A program made the position numbers and the translations under genes. Below, in pieces: positions 35,924 to 44,131 of a DNA stretch of 50,349 nt (position 1 is its first letter; every line of letters starts with the position of its first letter). The notes under the pieces are model-generated. The model was not told the origin of the DNA and did no database searches. It saw nothing but the letters and a program-made list of their open reading frames with translations. The stretch comes from Casimicrobiaceae bacterium (GTDB lineage: Bacteria; Pseudomonadota; Gammaproteobacteria; Burkholderiales; Casimicrobiaceae), in assembly GCA_050742615.1 (NCBI GenBank), contig JBOIGD010000105.1, positions 1 through 50,349 of the forward strand, in the 5' to 3' direction.

Positions 35924-36983
35924 CGCCATCTTCGGGGACGTTCCGCCGCGCAGGATACTCGCCGTCAAGCTGGGCTCGTTCGGCGACATCGTGCAGACGA
36001 CGGCGAGCCTGCGGGCGCTGCGGCGCGCATTTCCTGCCGCCGACATCCGCGTTGCCGTCGAGCGGCGCTGGGCACCACTGCTCGCTGCCTGCCCCGACGT
36101 GAACGGCGTCCTCGAAGCGTCGTCCCGCCAGCGGCTCACGCCGAGCCACGTCTGGGAGGTGCGGCGCCTGCTTGCTGAGGCTTGCCGCCGACCGGGACCT
36201 TTCGACCTCGCCCTGGACTTCCAGGGAACGCGACGGAGCGCCGCGTGGGTCTATCTGAGCGGCGCCCGCGTCAAGGCCGGCAGGGGGAAGCCCCGCCCCG
36301 GCTGGCGCGCGGCCATCGCAATGGACCGCACGCGCCACGCCGTGCGCGGGTACGCCGACGTCTGCGAGTGCATCGGGATCGCGGCCGGCGACCTCGACCC
36401 GGCACTGTACACGTCGCCCGACGACGAAGCGCGGATCGAGGCGATCCTCGACGGCGCGCGGCTTCCGCGCAGCGGATTCGTGCTGCTCAACCCGTTCAGC
36501 GTGTGGCCTTCGAAGAGCTGGGATGAGCGTCGCGCTGCGGAACTCGCGTCGCAGGTGGCGAGCGTGACACGCGCGGCCGTCGTCGTGACCGGCGGGGACA
36601 ACGAGAGCGCCCGCGCCGCCGACGTCGTCCGCCTTGCCCGCCATGGAAGCGTGTCGTCGCTCGCGGGCCGGCTCTCTCTCGGCGAGGCGCTGTGCCTGTT
36701 CCGGCGCGCGCGCCTCATGATCTCCTGCGATTCGGGTCCGATGCATGCGGCGGCTGCCCTGGGAACCCCGGTCGTCGCGCTCTTCGGCCCGACACTCCCC
36801 GAGCACACGGGGCCGTGGGGACCGGGGCACAGGGTCGTGCAGGCATCGCGGCCGCCCGATCATCATGCGTATCGGCGGGACCACGGGCGGCAGCACATGG
36901 GGGCGCTTGGCGTGCAGGCGGTTGCCGATGCCGTCCAGGGGGCCATGCGCGCGACCGCCGCGGCCGCGGCAACGCCGCGATGA
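35913..36983 (+). CDS. Glycosyltransferase family 9 (heptosyltransferase-like)
   Basis: RRILAVKLGSFGDIVQTTASLRALRRAFPAADIRVAVERRWAPLLAACPDVNGVLE, and a C-terminal LMISCDSGPMHAAAALGTPVVALFGPT. The GTG at 35913 overlaps the upstream gene by 11 nt. Confidence 0.85.
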   Translation: MLPDAIFGDVPPRRILAVKLGSFGDIVQTTASLRALRRAFPAADIRVAVERRWAPLLAACPDVNGVLEASSRQRLTPSHVWEVRRLLAEACRRPGPFDLALDFQGTRRSAAWVYLSGARVKAGRGKPRPGWRAAIAMDRTRHAVRGYADVCECIGIAAGDLDPALYTSPDDEARIEAILDGARLPRSGFVLLNPFSVWPSKSWDERRAAELASQVASVTRAAVVVTGGDNESARAADVVRLARHGSVSSLAGRLSLGEALCLFRRARLMISCDSGPMHAAAALGTPVVALFGPTLPEHTGPWGPGHRVVQASRPPDHHAYRRDHGRQHMGALGVQAVADAVQGAMRATAAAAATPR

Positions 36984-38071
36984 TCCGCCGCATCGCGGTC
37001 TTCCTGCCTAACTGGGTTGGCGACGCCGCGATGGCGACGCCGACACTGCGGGCATTGCGGAACCGCTTCGGTGCGGCCGTCGAGATGATCGGCATCATGC
37101 GCCCGCTCGTCGAAGAGGTCCTCTTTGGAACGCGGTGGATCGACACCGTGTGGCACTACGACCCTGCGGGCGCGGACCCGCGCCTGCGCTGGCCCGCGCT
37201 CGTCCGCCGGCTCCGCGGCGCCGCGGTCGATCTTTCGATCCACCTCACCAACGATTTCAAATCCGCCCTCGCGGCGCGGCTCGGCGGCGCGCGCCAGCGC
37301 GCGGGCTACGCGCGCAACGGGCGTGCCTGGCTGCTTACGACGCGGCTCGATCCCCCGCGACGAGGGCGCGAACTGCTGTCCGTCCCGGCGCTCGACTATT
37401 ACCTCGAGCTTGCTTACGCGCTCGGGTGCGCCAAGGAGTCGCCGCGGCTCGAGCTCGCCACCACGGCGCGCGACGACGAAGCGGCGGACCGCGCGTGGGC
37501 CGCGATCGGCATCCCCCCGGGCGAGGCGCCGGTCATCATCAATTCGAGCGGCACCTTCGGCTCGGCCAAGCTCTGGCCGGAACGCCACTGCGCCGCGCTT
37601 GCTGCGCGCATCGCCCGCGAACTCGGGCTCCACGTCGTCATTCTTTGCGGTCCCGCCGAGCGCGAGCACGCCGCGCGGGTCACGGTCGCGGCCGGCCACG
37701 CACGAGTGGCGAGCCTTGCCGGAATGCCGCTCTCGATCGGGCTCAGCAAGGCCTGCGTGCGCCGCGCGCGCTGCCTCGTGAGTACGGACAGTGGCCCGCG
37801 ACACTTCGGCGCGGCGTTCGGCGTGCCCGTTGTCGCACTCTTCGGACCGACGGACCCGGCGTGGACCGACACGCGCTACCCCGGTGAGGTTCGTCTCGCC
37901 AAGCCGGTCCCTTGCGGACCCTGCGGGCAGCGCGAGTGCGCGCTGCGCCACCACGCGTGCATGGAGCAGCTGTTGGTCGACGAGGTGTACCGCGAGGTCG
38001 CGCGCGCCGTTGCCGGCGGCAGCCCGCGACACGCGACGCCTCGTGCGACGTTACGCGGAGCTACGGCGTGA
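36980..38071 (+). CDS. Glycosyltransferase family 9, WaaF (heptosyltransferase II)-like
   Basis: IRRIAVFLPNWVGDAAMATPTLRALRNRF (compare PSWVGDMMM in WaaF), CLVSTDSGPRHFGAAFGVPVVALFGPTDP, and PCGPCGQRECALRHHACMEQL. ATGA overlap at 36980-36983. Confidence 0.85.
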   Translation: MIRRIAVFLPNWVGDAAMATPTLRALRNRFGAAVEMIGIMRPLVEEVLFGTRWIDTVWHYDPAGADPRLRWPALVRRLRGAAVDLSIHLTNDFKSALAARLGGARQRAGYARNGRAWLLTTRLDPPRRGRELLSVPALDYYLELAYALGCAKESPRLELATTARDDEAADRAWAAIGIPPGEAPVIINSSGTFGSAKLWPERHCAALAARIARELGLHVVILCGPAEREHAARVTVAAGHARVASLAGMPLSIGLSKACVRRARCLVSTDSGPRHFGAAFGVPVVALFGPTDPAWTDTRYPGEVRLAKPVPCGPCGQRECALRHHACMEQLLVDEVYREVARAVAGGSPRHATPRATLRGATA

Positions 38072-39228
38072 AGGTCGCACTCGTCTGCGATCGCTTCGAT
38101 CCCGCGGGCGGCGGCCTCGAGCAGTGGCTCTGCCAGCTCGCGCCACGGCTAGAGCGGCGCGGCCACGAGGTGCACGTCATCGCCTTTCGTGTCGCCGCAG
38201 ATGTTGGACGCGAGCGGATGCATAGGCTCGCGTGGAGCGCGGACCGCCTCGAACGCGCTGCCGCCGTCGAGCGCACCGTCGTCGCCCTCGCGCCGGACGT
38301 CACCCACGACACCGGGGTCGGGTGGAGCTACGACGTCCTCCAGCCGCAGGCGGGCTCGATGCTCGCGAACCACCGACGCGACCTCGCGAGCCTGTCGCCC
38401 GGCGCGCGGATGCGCCGGTGGGTGAGTCCTGCCTGGCATCGCTGGCGACGCGAAGCGCGGGAGCTGGAGCGACGCCAGTACGTCCTCGCGAAAGGCCTCG
38501 TGATCGCCGTCTCCGGCATGGTCGCGCGCGAGATCCAGTCGCGCTTCGGGGTTGGGGCCGAGCGCCTGCGCGTCGTCCCGAACGGCGTCGACACCGACCG
38601 CTATGCGCCCGCGCGATGCGCCGCGGTGCGCGCCACCGCGCGCGCGCACGTCGGTGCCGACAGGACGGCATCGGTCTTTCTGTTCGCGGCCCGCAACCCG
38701 GGGCTCAAGGGGCTTTTGCCGCTGCTTCGGGCCACCGCCATCCTCCGCGCGAGCGGCGCGCCCATCCGGGTCGTCGCGATTGGAAGCGAGCCGGACGCGC
38801 TGTTCCGGCGCGAGGCCGTGCGCCTTCGCGTCGACGACGTCGTGACCTTCGCGGGCGTCGTCGACGATCCGGCGCTCCACTACGCAGCGGCGGACGCGTT
38901 CGTCCTGCCGACCTACTACGACGCCTGCAGTCTCACCGCCCTCGAGGCGTGCGCGTGCGGCCTGCCCGTCATCACGTCCCGCCACAACGGCGCCGCCGAG
39001 CTCATGTCGCACGATCGCGACGGCTTCGTGCTGGACGAGCCCGACAACGTGCGTAGCCTCGCGGCGCTCATGACTCGGGCCACCGACGTGGGAGTGTGGC
39101 AGCGGGTGTCGCTCGCGGCGCGGCAGCTCGCGCTTCGCAACACGCTGGAGCGCAATGTCGACGCCGTCGAGAATGCGTACTTCGAAGCGCTCGCCCGCCG
39201 GGCCACCGCGTCGCGCCCCGCCGGGTGA
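38068..39228 (+). CDS. Glycosyltransferase family 4 (GT-B, group 1)
   Basis: VKVALVCDRFDPAGGGLEQWLCQLAPRLERRGHEVHVIA at the N terminus. The C-terminal FVLPTYYDACSLTALEACACGLPVITSRHNGAAEL is an E-x7-E-type motif. GTGA overlap at 38068-38071. Confidence 0.85.
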   Translation: MKVALVCDRFDPAGGGLEQWLCQLAPRLERRGHEVHVIAFRVAADVGRERMHRLAWSADRLERAAAVERTVVALAPDVTHDTGVGWSYDVLQPQAGSMLANHRRDLASLSPGARMRRWVSPAWHRWRREARELERRQYVLAKGLVIAVSGMVAREIQSRFGVGAERLRVVPNGVDTDRYAPARCAAVRATARAHVGADRTASVFLFAARNPGLKGLLPLLRATAILRASGAPIRVVAIGSEPDALFRREAVRLRVDDVVTFAGVVDDPALHYAAADAFVLPTYYDACSLTALEACACGLPVITSRHNGAAELMSHDRDGFVLDEPDNVRSLAALMTRATDVGVWQRVSLAARQLALRNTLERNVDAVENAYFEALARRATASRPAG

Positions 39229-39259
39229 TCGCCGTCCGGACGCTTTCGCACATGCCGAC

Positions 39260-40243
39260 ATGCTGAAGACAGCGCGACGAATATTGGTCACCGGAGCCGG
39301 CGGATTCATCGGCTCGCACCTCGTCGAGTCACTCGTCGAGCGCGGCTGCCGGGTGCGCGCCATGGTCCGGTACACGTCCGGTGGCGGGCGGGGGTGGCTC
39401 GATGACGTACCCGCCGCCGCCGATGTCGAGTTCGCGGCCGGCGACGTGCGCGATCACGACACGGTGCTGGCGGCGATGACCGGGTGCGACGTCGTGTTTC
39501 ACCTGGCCGCGCTGATCGGGATTCCCTACTCGTACGTCTCTCCGCTCGCCTACGTGCGGACGAACGTCGATGGCATGCTCAACGTACTCGAAGCGGCCCG
39601 GGCGCTCGGCGTGGCCCGGGTCGTCGTGACCTCGACGAGCGAAGTCTACGGGACCGCGCAGTACTGCCCGATGGACGAAGCGCATCCGGTGCATTGCCAG
39701 TCACCGTACGCGGCGAGCAAGGCGGGCGCGGACCAGCTGGCCATAAGCTATCACCGCTCGTTCGGCCTGCCGGTCGCCATCGCCCGTCCGTTCAACGTCT
39801 ACGGGCCGCGCCAGTCGGACCGCGCGCTGATCCCGACGATCGCGACGCAACTCCTGGCGGGCGGCCCTGTCCGCCTCGGCAACGCCAGTCCCACCCGCGA
39901 CTTCACCTACGTCGTGGACACCGTTCGCGCCCTTGCCGCGGTTGCCAGCGCCGAGCACCTCATCGGCGAGGCTGCGAACATCGGCAGCGGCAACGAGATA
40001 TCCGTCGGCGCGCTGGCGAAACTGGTCGGCGAAGTTGCCGGCCGCGAAACGACGATCGCAAGCGACGACGACCGCGCGCGCCCGGGCACCAGCGAGGTCG
40101 AGCGCCTGTGCTGCGACAGCACGAAGCTGCGCTCGCTGACGGGATGGCGCCCCGCGACCCCGCTGGAGGACGGTCTGCGCCGGACGCTCGAGTGGATCGA
40201 GCCGCGCCTCGCGCGCTTCCGGATCGGTGAATACCGCGTGTGA
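39260..40243 (+). CDS. NAD-dependent epimerase/dehydratase (extended SDR, sugar-nucleotide 4,6-dehydratase-like)
   Basis: ILVTGAGGFIGSHLVESL (GxxGxxG), STSEVYG, and YAASKAGAD (YxxxK). Confidence 0.85.
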   Translation: MLKTARRILVTGAGGFIGSHLVESLVERGCRVRAMVRYTSGGGRGWLDDVPAAADVEFAAGDVRDHDTVLAAMTGCDVVFHLAALIGIPYSYVSPLAYVRTNVDGMLNVLEAARALGVARVVVTSTSEVYGTAQYCPMDEAHPVHCQSPYAASKAGADQLAISYHRSFGLPVAIARPFNVYGPRQSDRALIPTIATQLLAGGPVRLGNASPTRDFTYVVDTVRALAAVASAEHLIGEAANIGSGNEISVGALAKLVGEVAGRETTIASDDDRARPGTSEVERLCCDSTKLRSLTGWRPATPLEDGLRRTLEWIEPRLARFRIGEYRV

Positions 40244-40246
40244 CAC

Positions 40247-40942
40247 ATGAAGGCAGTCATCCTCGCGGGCGGCGAAGGACGCCGGCTCCATCCTTACACG
40301 CTCACGATCCCGAAACCGATGATGCCGATCGGCGACCGGCCGATCCTTGAACTCCTGGTCGAGCAGCTGCGCCGATGCGGAATCACCGACCTTGTCCTGG
40401 CAACCGGCCACCTCAGCGAGATCATTCGCGGCCACTTCGGCGACGGCCGCGACTTCGGTGTGTCGATCCGCTATTCGAAGGAGGAGAACGCGCTCGGCAC
40501 GGCCGGGCCCCTCGGCCTCGTCCGGACGGCGCTCGACCGGACGTTCCTGGTGCTCAACGGAGACATCTTCGCCGATCTCGATCTTGGGGCGATCATCGCG
40601 GATCATCGACACAGGGCAAGCGACGCGACCGTGGTCCTCGCGCGCCACGCCGAGACGTTCGAGTTCGGCGTCGTCGGTCTGGACGAGCGCGGCGACGTCA
40701 CTTCGTGGGACGAAAAGCCGGTCGTCGAGCGCCTCGTGAGCGCCGGCGCCTACGTCATGGAGCCCGCAACGCTCGCGCACCTCGAGCCGTCTGCGTACGC
40801 CAACCTCCCGGACCTCGTCATGGCGCTCGTCCGCGCGCGACTGCGTGTTCGTGGGCACGTGCACACAGGTTATTGGTACGACATCGGCAGCCCCGGCGAC
40901 TACGAGCGCGCGTGCGCCGCCGCGCGCGTTGCGCAGCAATGA
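40247..40942 (+). CDS. Sugar-1-phosphate nucleotidyltransferase (NTP_transferase family; size and opening resemble HddC-type heptose-1-P guanylyltransferases)
   Basis: MKAVILAGGEGRRLHPYTLTIPKPMMPIGDRPILE is the canonical G-x-G-x-R-L signature. At 231 aa it has no left-handed beta-helix extension. Confidence 0.8.
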   Translation: MKAVILAGGEGRRLHPYTLTIPKPMMPIGDRPILELLVEQLRRCGITDLVLATGHLSEIIRGHFGDGRDFGVSIRYSKEENALGTAGPLGLVRTALDRTFLVLNGDIFADLDLGAIIADHRHRASDATVVLARHAETFEFGVVGLDERGDVTSWDEKPVVERLVSAGAYVMEPATLAHLEPSAYANLPDLVMALVRARLRVRGHVHTGYWYDIGSPGDYERACAAARVAQQ

Positions 40943-41811
40943 GCGAAGCGCTGCGCGTGCTCGTCGCGGGCGGCAGCGGGTTCATCGGCGCCGCGATCGC
41001 GCGACGGCTGCGCGCAGAAGGCGCAAATGTTACGATCGCGAGCCTTGCCAGCGGCGTCGATCTCGCCCGTTGGGAGGCCGTCGAGGGCCTGGGTCCCTTC
41101 GCCGCGATCGTGCATGCGGCGGGGCGCGCGTCGGTGCAGGATTCGTTCGCGTCGCCGCGCTCGTACTATCGCGACCATCTTCTCATCACGCTCAACCTGC
41201 TCGAGCTGGCACGGCTATCGCACGCCCGACTCGTGCTCGCGAGCACCTACGTCTACGGCACGGCGCCGCGCGTGCCCGCGGCGGAGGACGATGCCATCGG
41301 GGCGCACTCGCCCTACACGGCGAGCAAGCTGCTGGCGGAACGCCTCTGCCGCGAGTACCACCGCGACTTCGGGGTGCCCGTCGACGTTCTGCGCGTCTTC
41401 AATGCCTACGGTCCCGGCCAGCCGGACACGTTCCTCATCCCGCGAATCGTCGCCGGCGCCGTCGCCGGCCGCATCGAACTTGCTGACCCGGCGCCGCGAC
41501 GCGATTTCGTCCATGTCGACGACGTCGCGCGCGCTTTCGCACTCGCTGCGCGGCGCGCTGCAGGAGACTTCGAGATCTTCAACATCGGGTCGGGCGAAAG
41601 CCGCTCAGCCGACGCGGTCGCCAGGACCGCGGCGAGACTGGCCGGCGGCGCAGTTGAGATCTTCTACTCCGGCGTGATTCGCGCAGCCGAAATGGCCGAC
41701 GCGCGCGCCGATGTCGCCGAGGCCGCGCGGGAGCTCGCGTGGCGGGCGACGATCGATTTCGAGGCGGGCCTCGCGTCGCTGGTCGCGGCGGCCAAGGGTG
41801 CGCGATCGTGA
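40939..41811 (+). CDS. NAD-dependent epimerase/dehydratase (SDR), reductase/epimerase-like
   Basis: VLVAGGSGFIGAAIARRL, and YTASKLLAE (YxxxK). ATGA overlap at 40939-40942. Confidence 0.8.
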   Translation: MSEALRVLVAGGSGFIGAAIARRLRAEGANVTIASLASGVDLARWEAVEGLGPFAAIVHAAGRASVQDSFASPRSYYRDHLLITLNLLELARLSHARLVLASTYVYGTAPRVPAAEDDAIGAHSPYTASKLLAERLCREYHRDFGVPVDVLRVFNAYGPGQPDTFLIPRIVAGAVAGRIELADPAPRRDFVHVDDVARAFALAARRAAGDFEIFNIGSGESRSADAVARTAARLAGGAVEIFYSGVIRAAEMADARADVAEAARELAWRATIDFEAGLASLVAAAKGARS

Positions 41812-42902
41812 CGCCCCGCCGCCTCATCGCCTACACCCACGCGCGCGACGACCCGGCCGCGCGCTTCCGGATACGCCAGTTCATTCCCCGCTTCGAGCGC
41901 GCCGGCTGGAGCGTGTCGCACCGGACCAACCACCCGGAGCGTCCGTGGCAGAGTCCTTTCTCCGCGCAATCCGCACGCTGGGTGCACCAGCATGCGGGTG
42001 TCGCGGTCCGCCGGCTCTGGCGACGATGGGATATCCGCGCCGCGGCTGCGTTCGACGTCGCCTTCGTCAACCGCGACCTGCTGGAAGGCCGCGTTGCGTA
42101 CGAGGCCGCGCTCCTGCGCCGCAACGCCCGGGTTGTCTTCGACTTCGACGACGCGATCCATCTCGGACGGAAGGAAGCGCACGTCGCATGGATCTGCGCG
42201 CATGCCGCCTGGGTCACCGCAGGGAACGCGCTGCTCGCCCATGTCGCCCGCCGCTATACAGACCGAGTGAGCGTGGTCCCGACCGTCGTCGACACCGATA
42301 CGTATTCGGCGCCCGCCGATCCGCGGGAGGACGGCCCGCTGCGTCTCGGCTGGCTCGGCTCGGACCTTTCAATCCGCGAGACGCTCTTTCCGTTCCTGCC
42401 GACGCTCGCAGCGCTGCAGCAGGCGATCGGCTTCGAATTCGTCGTGGTATCGAAACCGCGCCCGAACCTGCCGAGCAGCCCGCTGCGCTGGCGGTTCGTC
42501 GAGTGGAACCCCGAGGTCGAGACCCGGATCGCCGGGCTCTTCGACGTCGGAATCATGCCGCTGGAGGACAACGCATTCCAACGCGGCAAGTGCGGGTGCA
42601 AGCTGCTGCAGTACATGGCGGCCGGCCTCCCCGCCGTAGCGTCGCCCGTCGGCGTAAACGCGCGACTCCTCGACGATGGACGGGGCTTCCTCGCGAACGA
42701 TCGCGACGCATGGGGCGCGGCGTTGATGCGACTCCGCGACACCGCGCTGCGTCGCGAACAGGGCGCCGCCGCGCGCCGGTTCGTCGAACGCGAGTACTCG
42801 GTCACCGCCTGGTTCCCGCATCTGCTCGACATCGTCGAGAGCGTGCGGGTGGGTGAGCGCCCCGACGGGGCCGGCGTCCGGGCGTCCGAAAATGGCGGCT
42901 GA
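41808..42902 (+). CDS. Glycosyltransferase (GT-B, group-1-like C-terminal domain)
   Basis: LRLGWLGSDLSIRETLFPFLP...VGIMPLEDNAFQRGKCGCKLLQYMAAGLPAVASPVGVN resembles the Glyco_trans_1_2-type C terminus. GTGA overlap at 41808-41811. Confidence 0.7.
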   Translation: MTPRRLIAYTHARDDPAARFRIRQFIPRFERAGWSVSHRTNHPERPWQSPFSAQSARWVHQHAGVAVRRLWRRWDIRAAAAFDVAFVNRDLLEGRVAYEAALLRRNARVVFDFDDAIHLGRKEAHVAWICAHAAWVTAGNALLAHVARRYTDRVSVVPTVVDTDTYSAPADPREDGPLRLGWLGSDLSIRETLFPFLPTLAALQQAIGFEFVVVSKPRPNLPSSPLRWRFVEWNPEVETRIAGLFDVGIMPLEDNAFQRGKCGCKLLQYMAAGLPAVASPVGVNARLLDDGRGFLANDRDAWGAALMRLRDTALRREQGAAARRFVEREYSVTAWFPHLLDIVESVRVGERPDGAGVRASENGG

Positions 42903-43113
42903 GGCTTTCCCGGCCGCTGGCCGAGTGGCCGGTCGGGCATGCGCGGCTTTGTGGCGGGCTTCCTCATGGCCGCAGGCAGGCCCGTCGATCCGCGATCAAC
43001 GCGGTTCATCACCGATGCCGATGGCCGCTGAGATGCATATGCAGGCGATCGCGGAGGCCTCGCCGGCCCGACGCGAGTGTCGGTCGGCATGTTGGTGCGG
43101 TTGAGGCGTGCCG

Positions 43114-43725
43114 ATGCACCCCCGTGTCTTCGCCGAGTTCGACCGCATCTGCCGCGAGCGCCGGGCCGGCGGCGATGTGCTCGAGATCGGTGCGGTCGCG
43201 CCGCCCGACGCGTTGCTTTGCCTGCCCGCACTCGCGCAGGCGCGGAGTCGCATCGGGGTGAACCTGACCGGCGACGCCTGCTTCGAGGGCTGGCGGATCG
43301 TCGGCGCCAACGCCAACGACCTCGGCTGCTTCGCCGACGCGTCGTTCGACACCGTGCTGGCGAACTCGGTCTTCGAGCACGATCCGTTCTTCTGGCGCTC
43401 GCTGCGGGCGATGCGCCGCGTCGCGCGCCCGGGCGCCGTGATCGTCGTCGGCGTCCCAGGCTATGCGACGGACGGCCCCGGGCGATTGCTGAAACGGCTC
43501 GCGCACCTGCCGGTGCTCGGTGCCGCGGTGCGCCGCTGCGCGGCCTCGCGTCTCGCGTCGACCGCGACGCTGGGCATCCACGACTTCCCTGGAGACTACT
43601 ACCGCTTCAGCCCGCAGGCCGTGCGCGAAGTGCTGCTCGACGGGCTCGTCGACCGCGACGTTCGTCGTATCCTCTTGCCGCCCCGTCTGGTGGGCTCGGG
43701 GATCGTCCCGGCGCGCCCGGCGTGA
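43114..43725 (+). CDS. Class I SAM-dependent methyltransferase
   Basis: DVLEIGAV (motif I-like), ASFDTVLANSVFEHDPFFWRSLRAMRRVARPGAVIVVGVP (Methyltransf_11-type). The ATG at 43114 lies 7 nt after GAGG. The track start is the GTG at 43108. Confidence 0.7.
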   Translation: MHPRVFAEFDRICRERRAGGDVLEIGAVAPPDALLCLPALAQARSRIGVNLTGDACFEGWRIVGANANDLGCFADASFDTVLANSVFEHDPFFWRSLRAMRRVARPGAVIVVGVPGYATDGPGRLLKRLAHLPVLGAAVRRCAASRLASTATLGIHDFPGDYYRFSPQAVREVLLDGLVDRDVRRILLPPRLVGSGIVPARPA

Positions 43726-43750
43726 TCGACGCCCCACCGGCGCGCGGCCC

Positions 43751-44131
43751 ATGTCGGCGGCCTTGGCCGTGCTTGCGCGCACCGCGGTGGCGGACGACAT
43801 TCGCGCGGTCTTCTGCGCGTCCATGAACATCGCCGCAACGATGCTCCCCACCGGAGTCAGGATTCTCGAGATCGGCGAGTTCTCGCTGTTCAAGCGCAAC
43901 CTTCCCGGGCAAACGACCCTCGTCTTCACCGGCGACAACCCGGACCGGCTGGCGGGCTCGATCACCGCCGGTTCGGCCCCGCGATGCTGCCGGGCCTGTT
44001 GCGGTCGCTGCGCCGTGGTTTTGAGCCACTATTCGCTGCCCCGGATCTTGCGAAGCACCTTGCGGCAGATCAAGTACGCGCGTAGCGACGGCTTGGTCAG
44101 CGGCAGCCGCGCGAACATCCCGCGCAAGTAG
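43751..44131 (+). other. Coding-like ORF of uncertain status at the right border of the GC-rich island (possible truncated gene)
   Basis: MSAALAVLARTAVADDIRAVFCASMNIAATMLPTGVRILEIGEFSLFKRNLPGQTTLVFTGDNPD... has strong GC3 bias up to about 43990. After that the ORF turns Cys/Arg-rich and overlaps the convergent deacetylase gene by about 100 nt. Confidence 0.25.

Noticed and set aside
34937-36139. 400-aa minus-strand ORF, together with similar long ORFs at 38149-39375, 39701-40939, 43009-43965, 36863-38032 and 35862-36896
   Set aside because: These are Arg/Ala/Pro-rich, low-complexity translations lying antisense or off-frame to genes with clear family motifs. They are the expected artefact of very high GC3 content, not genes.
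42940-43032. 30-codon ORF (MRGFVAGFLMAAGRPVDPRSTRFITDADGR) in the 211-bp gap before the methyltransferase gene
   Set aside because: It has no recognisable RBS and no family resemblance. In about 72% GC DNA, short ORFs with good GC3 arise by chance. It is not supportable as a gene or peptide precursor.
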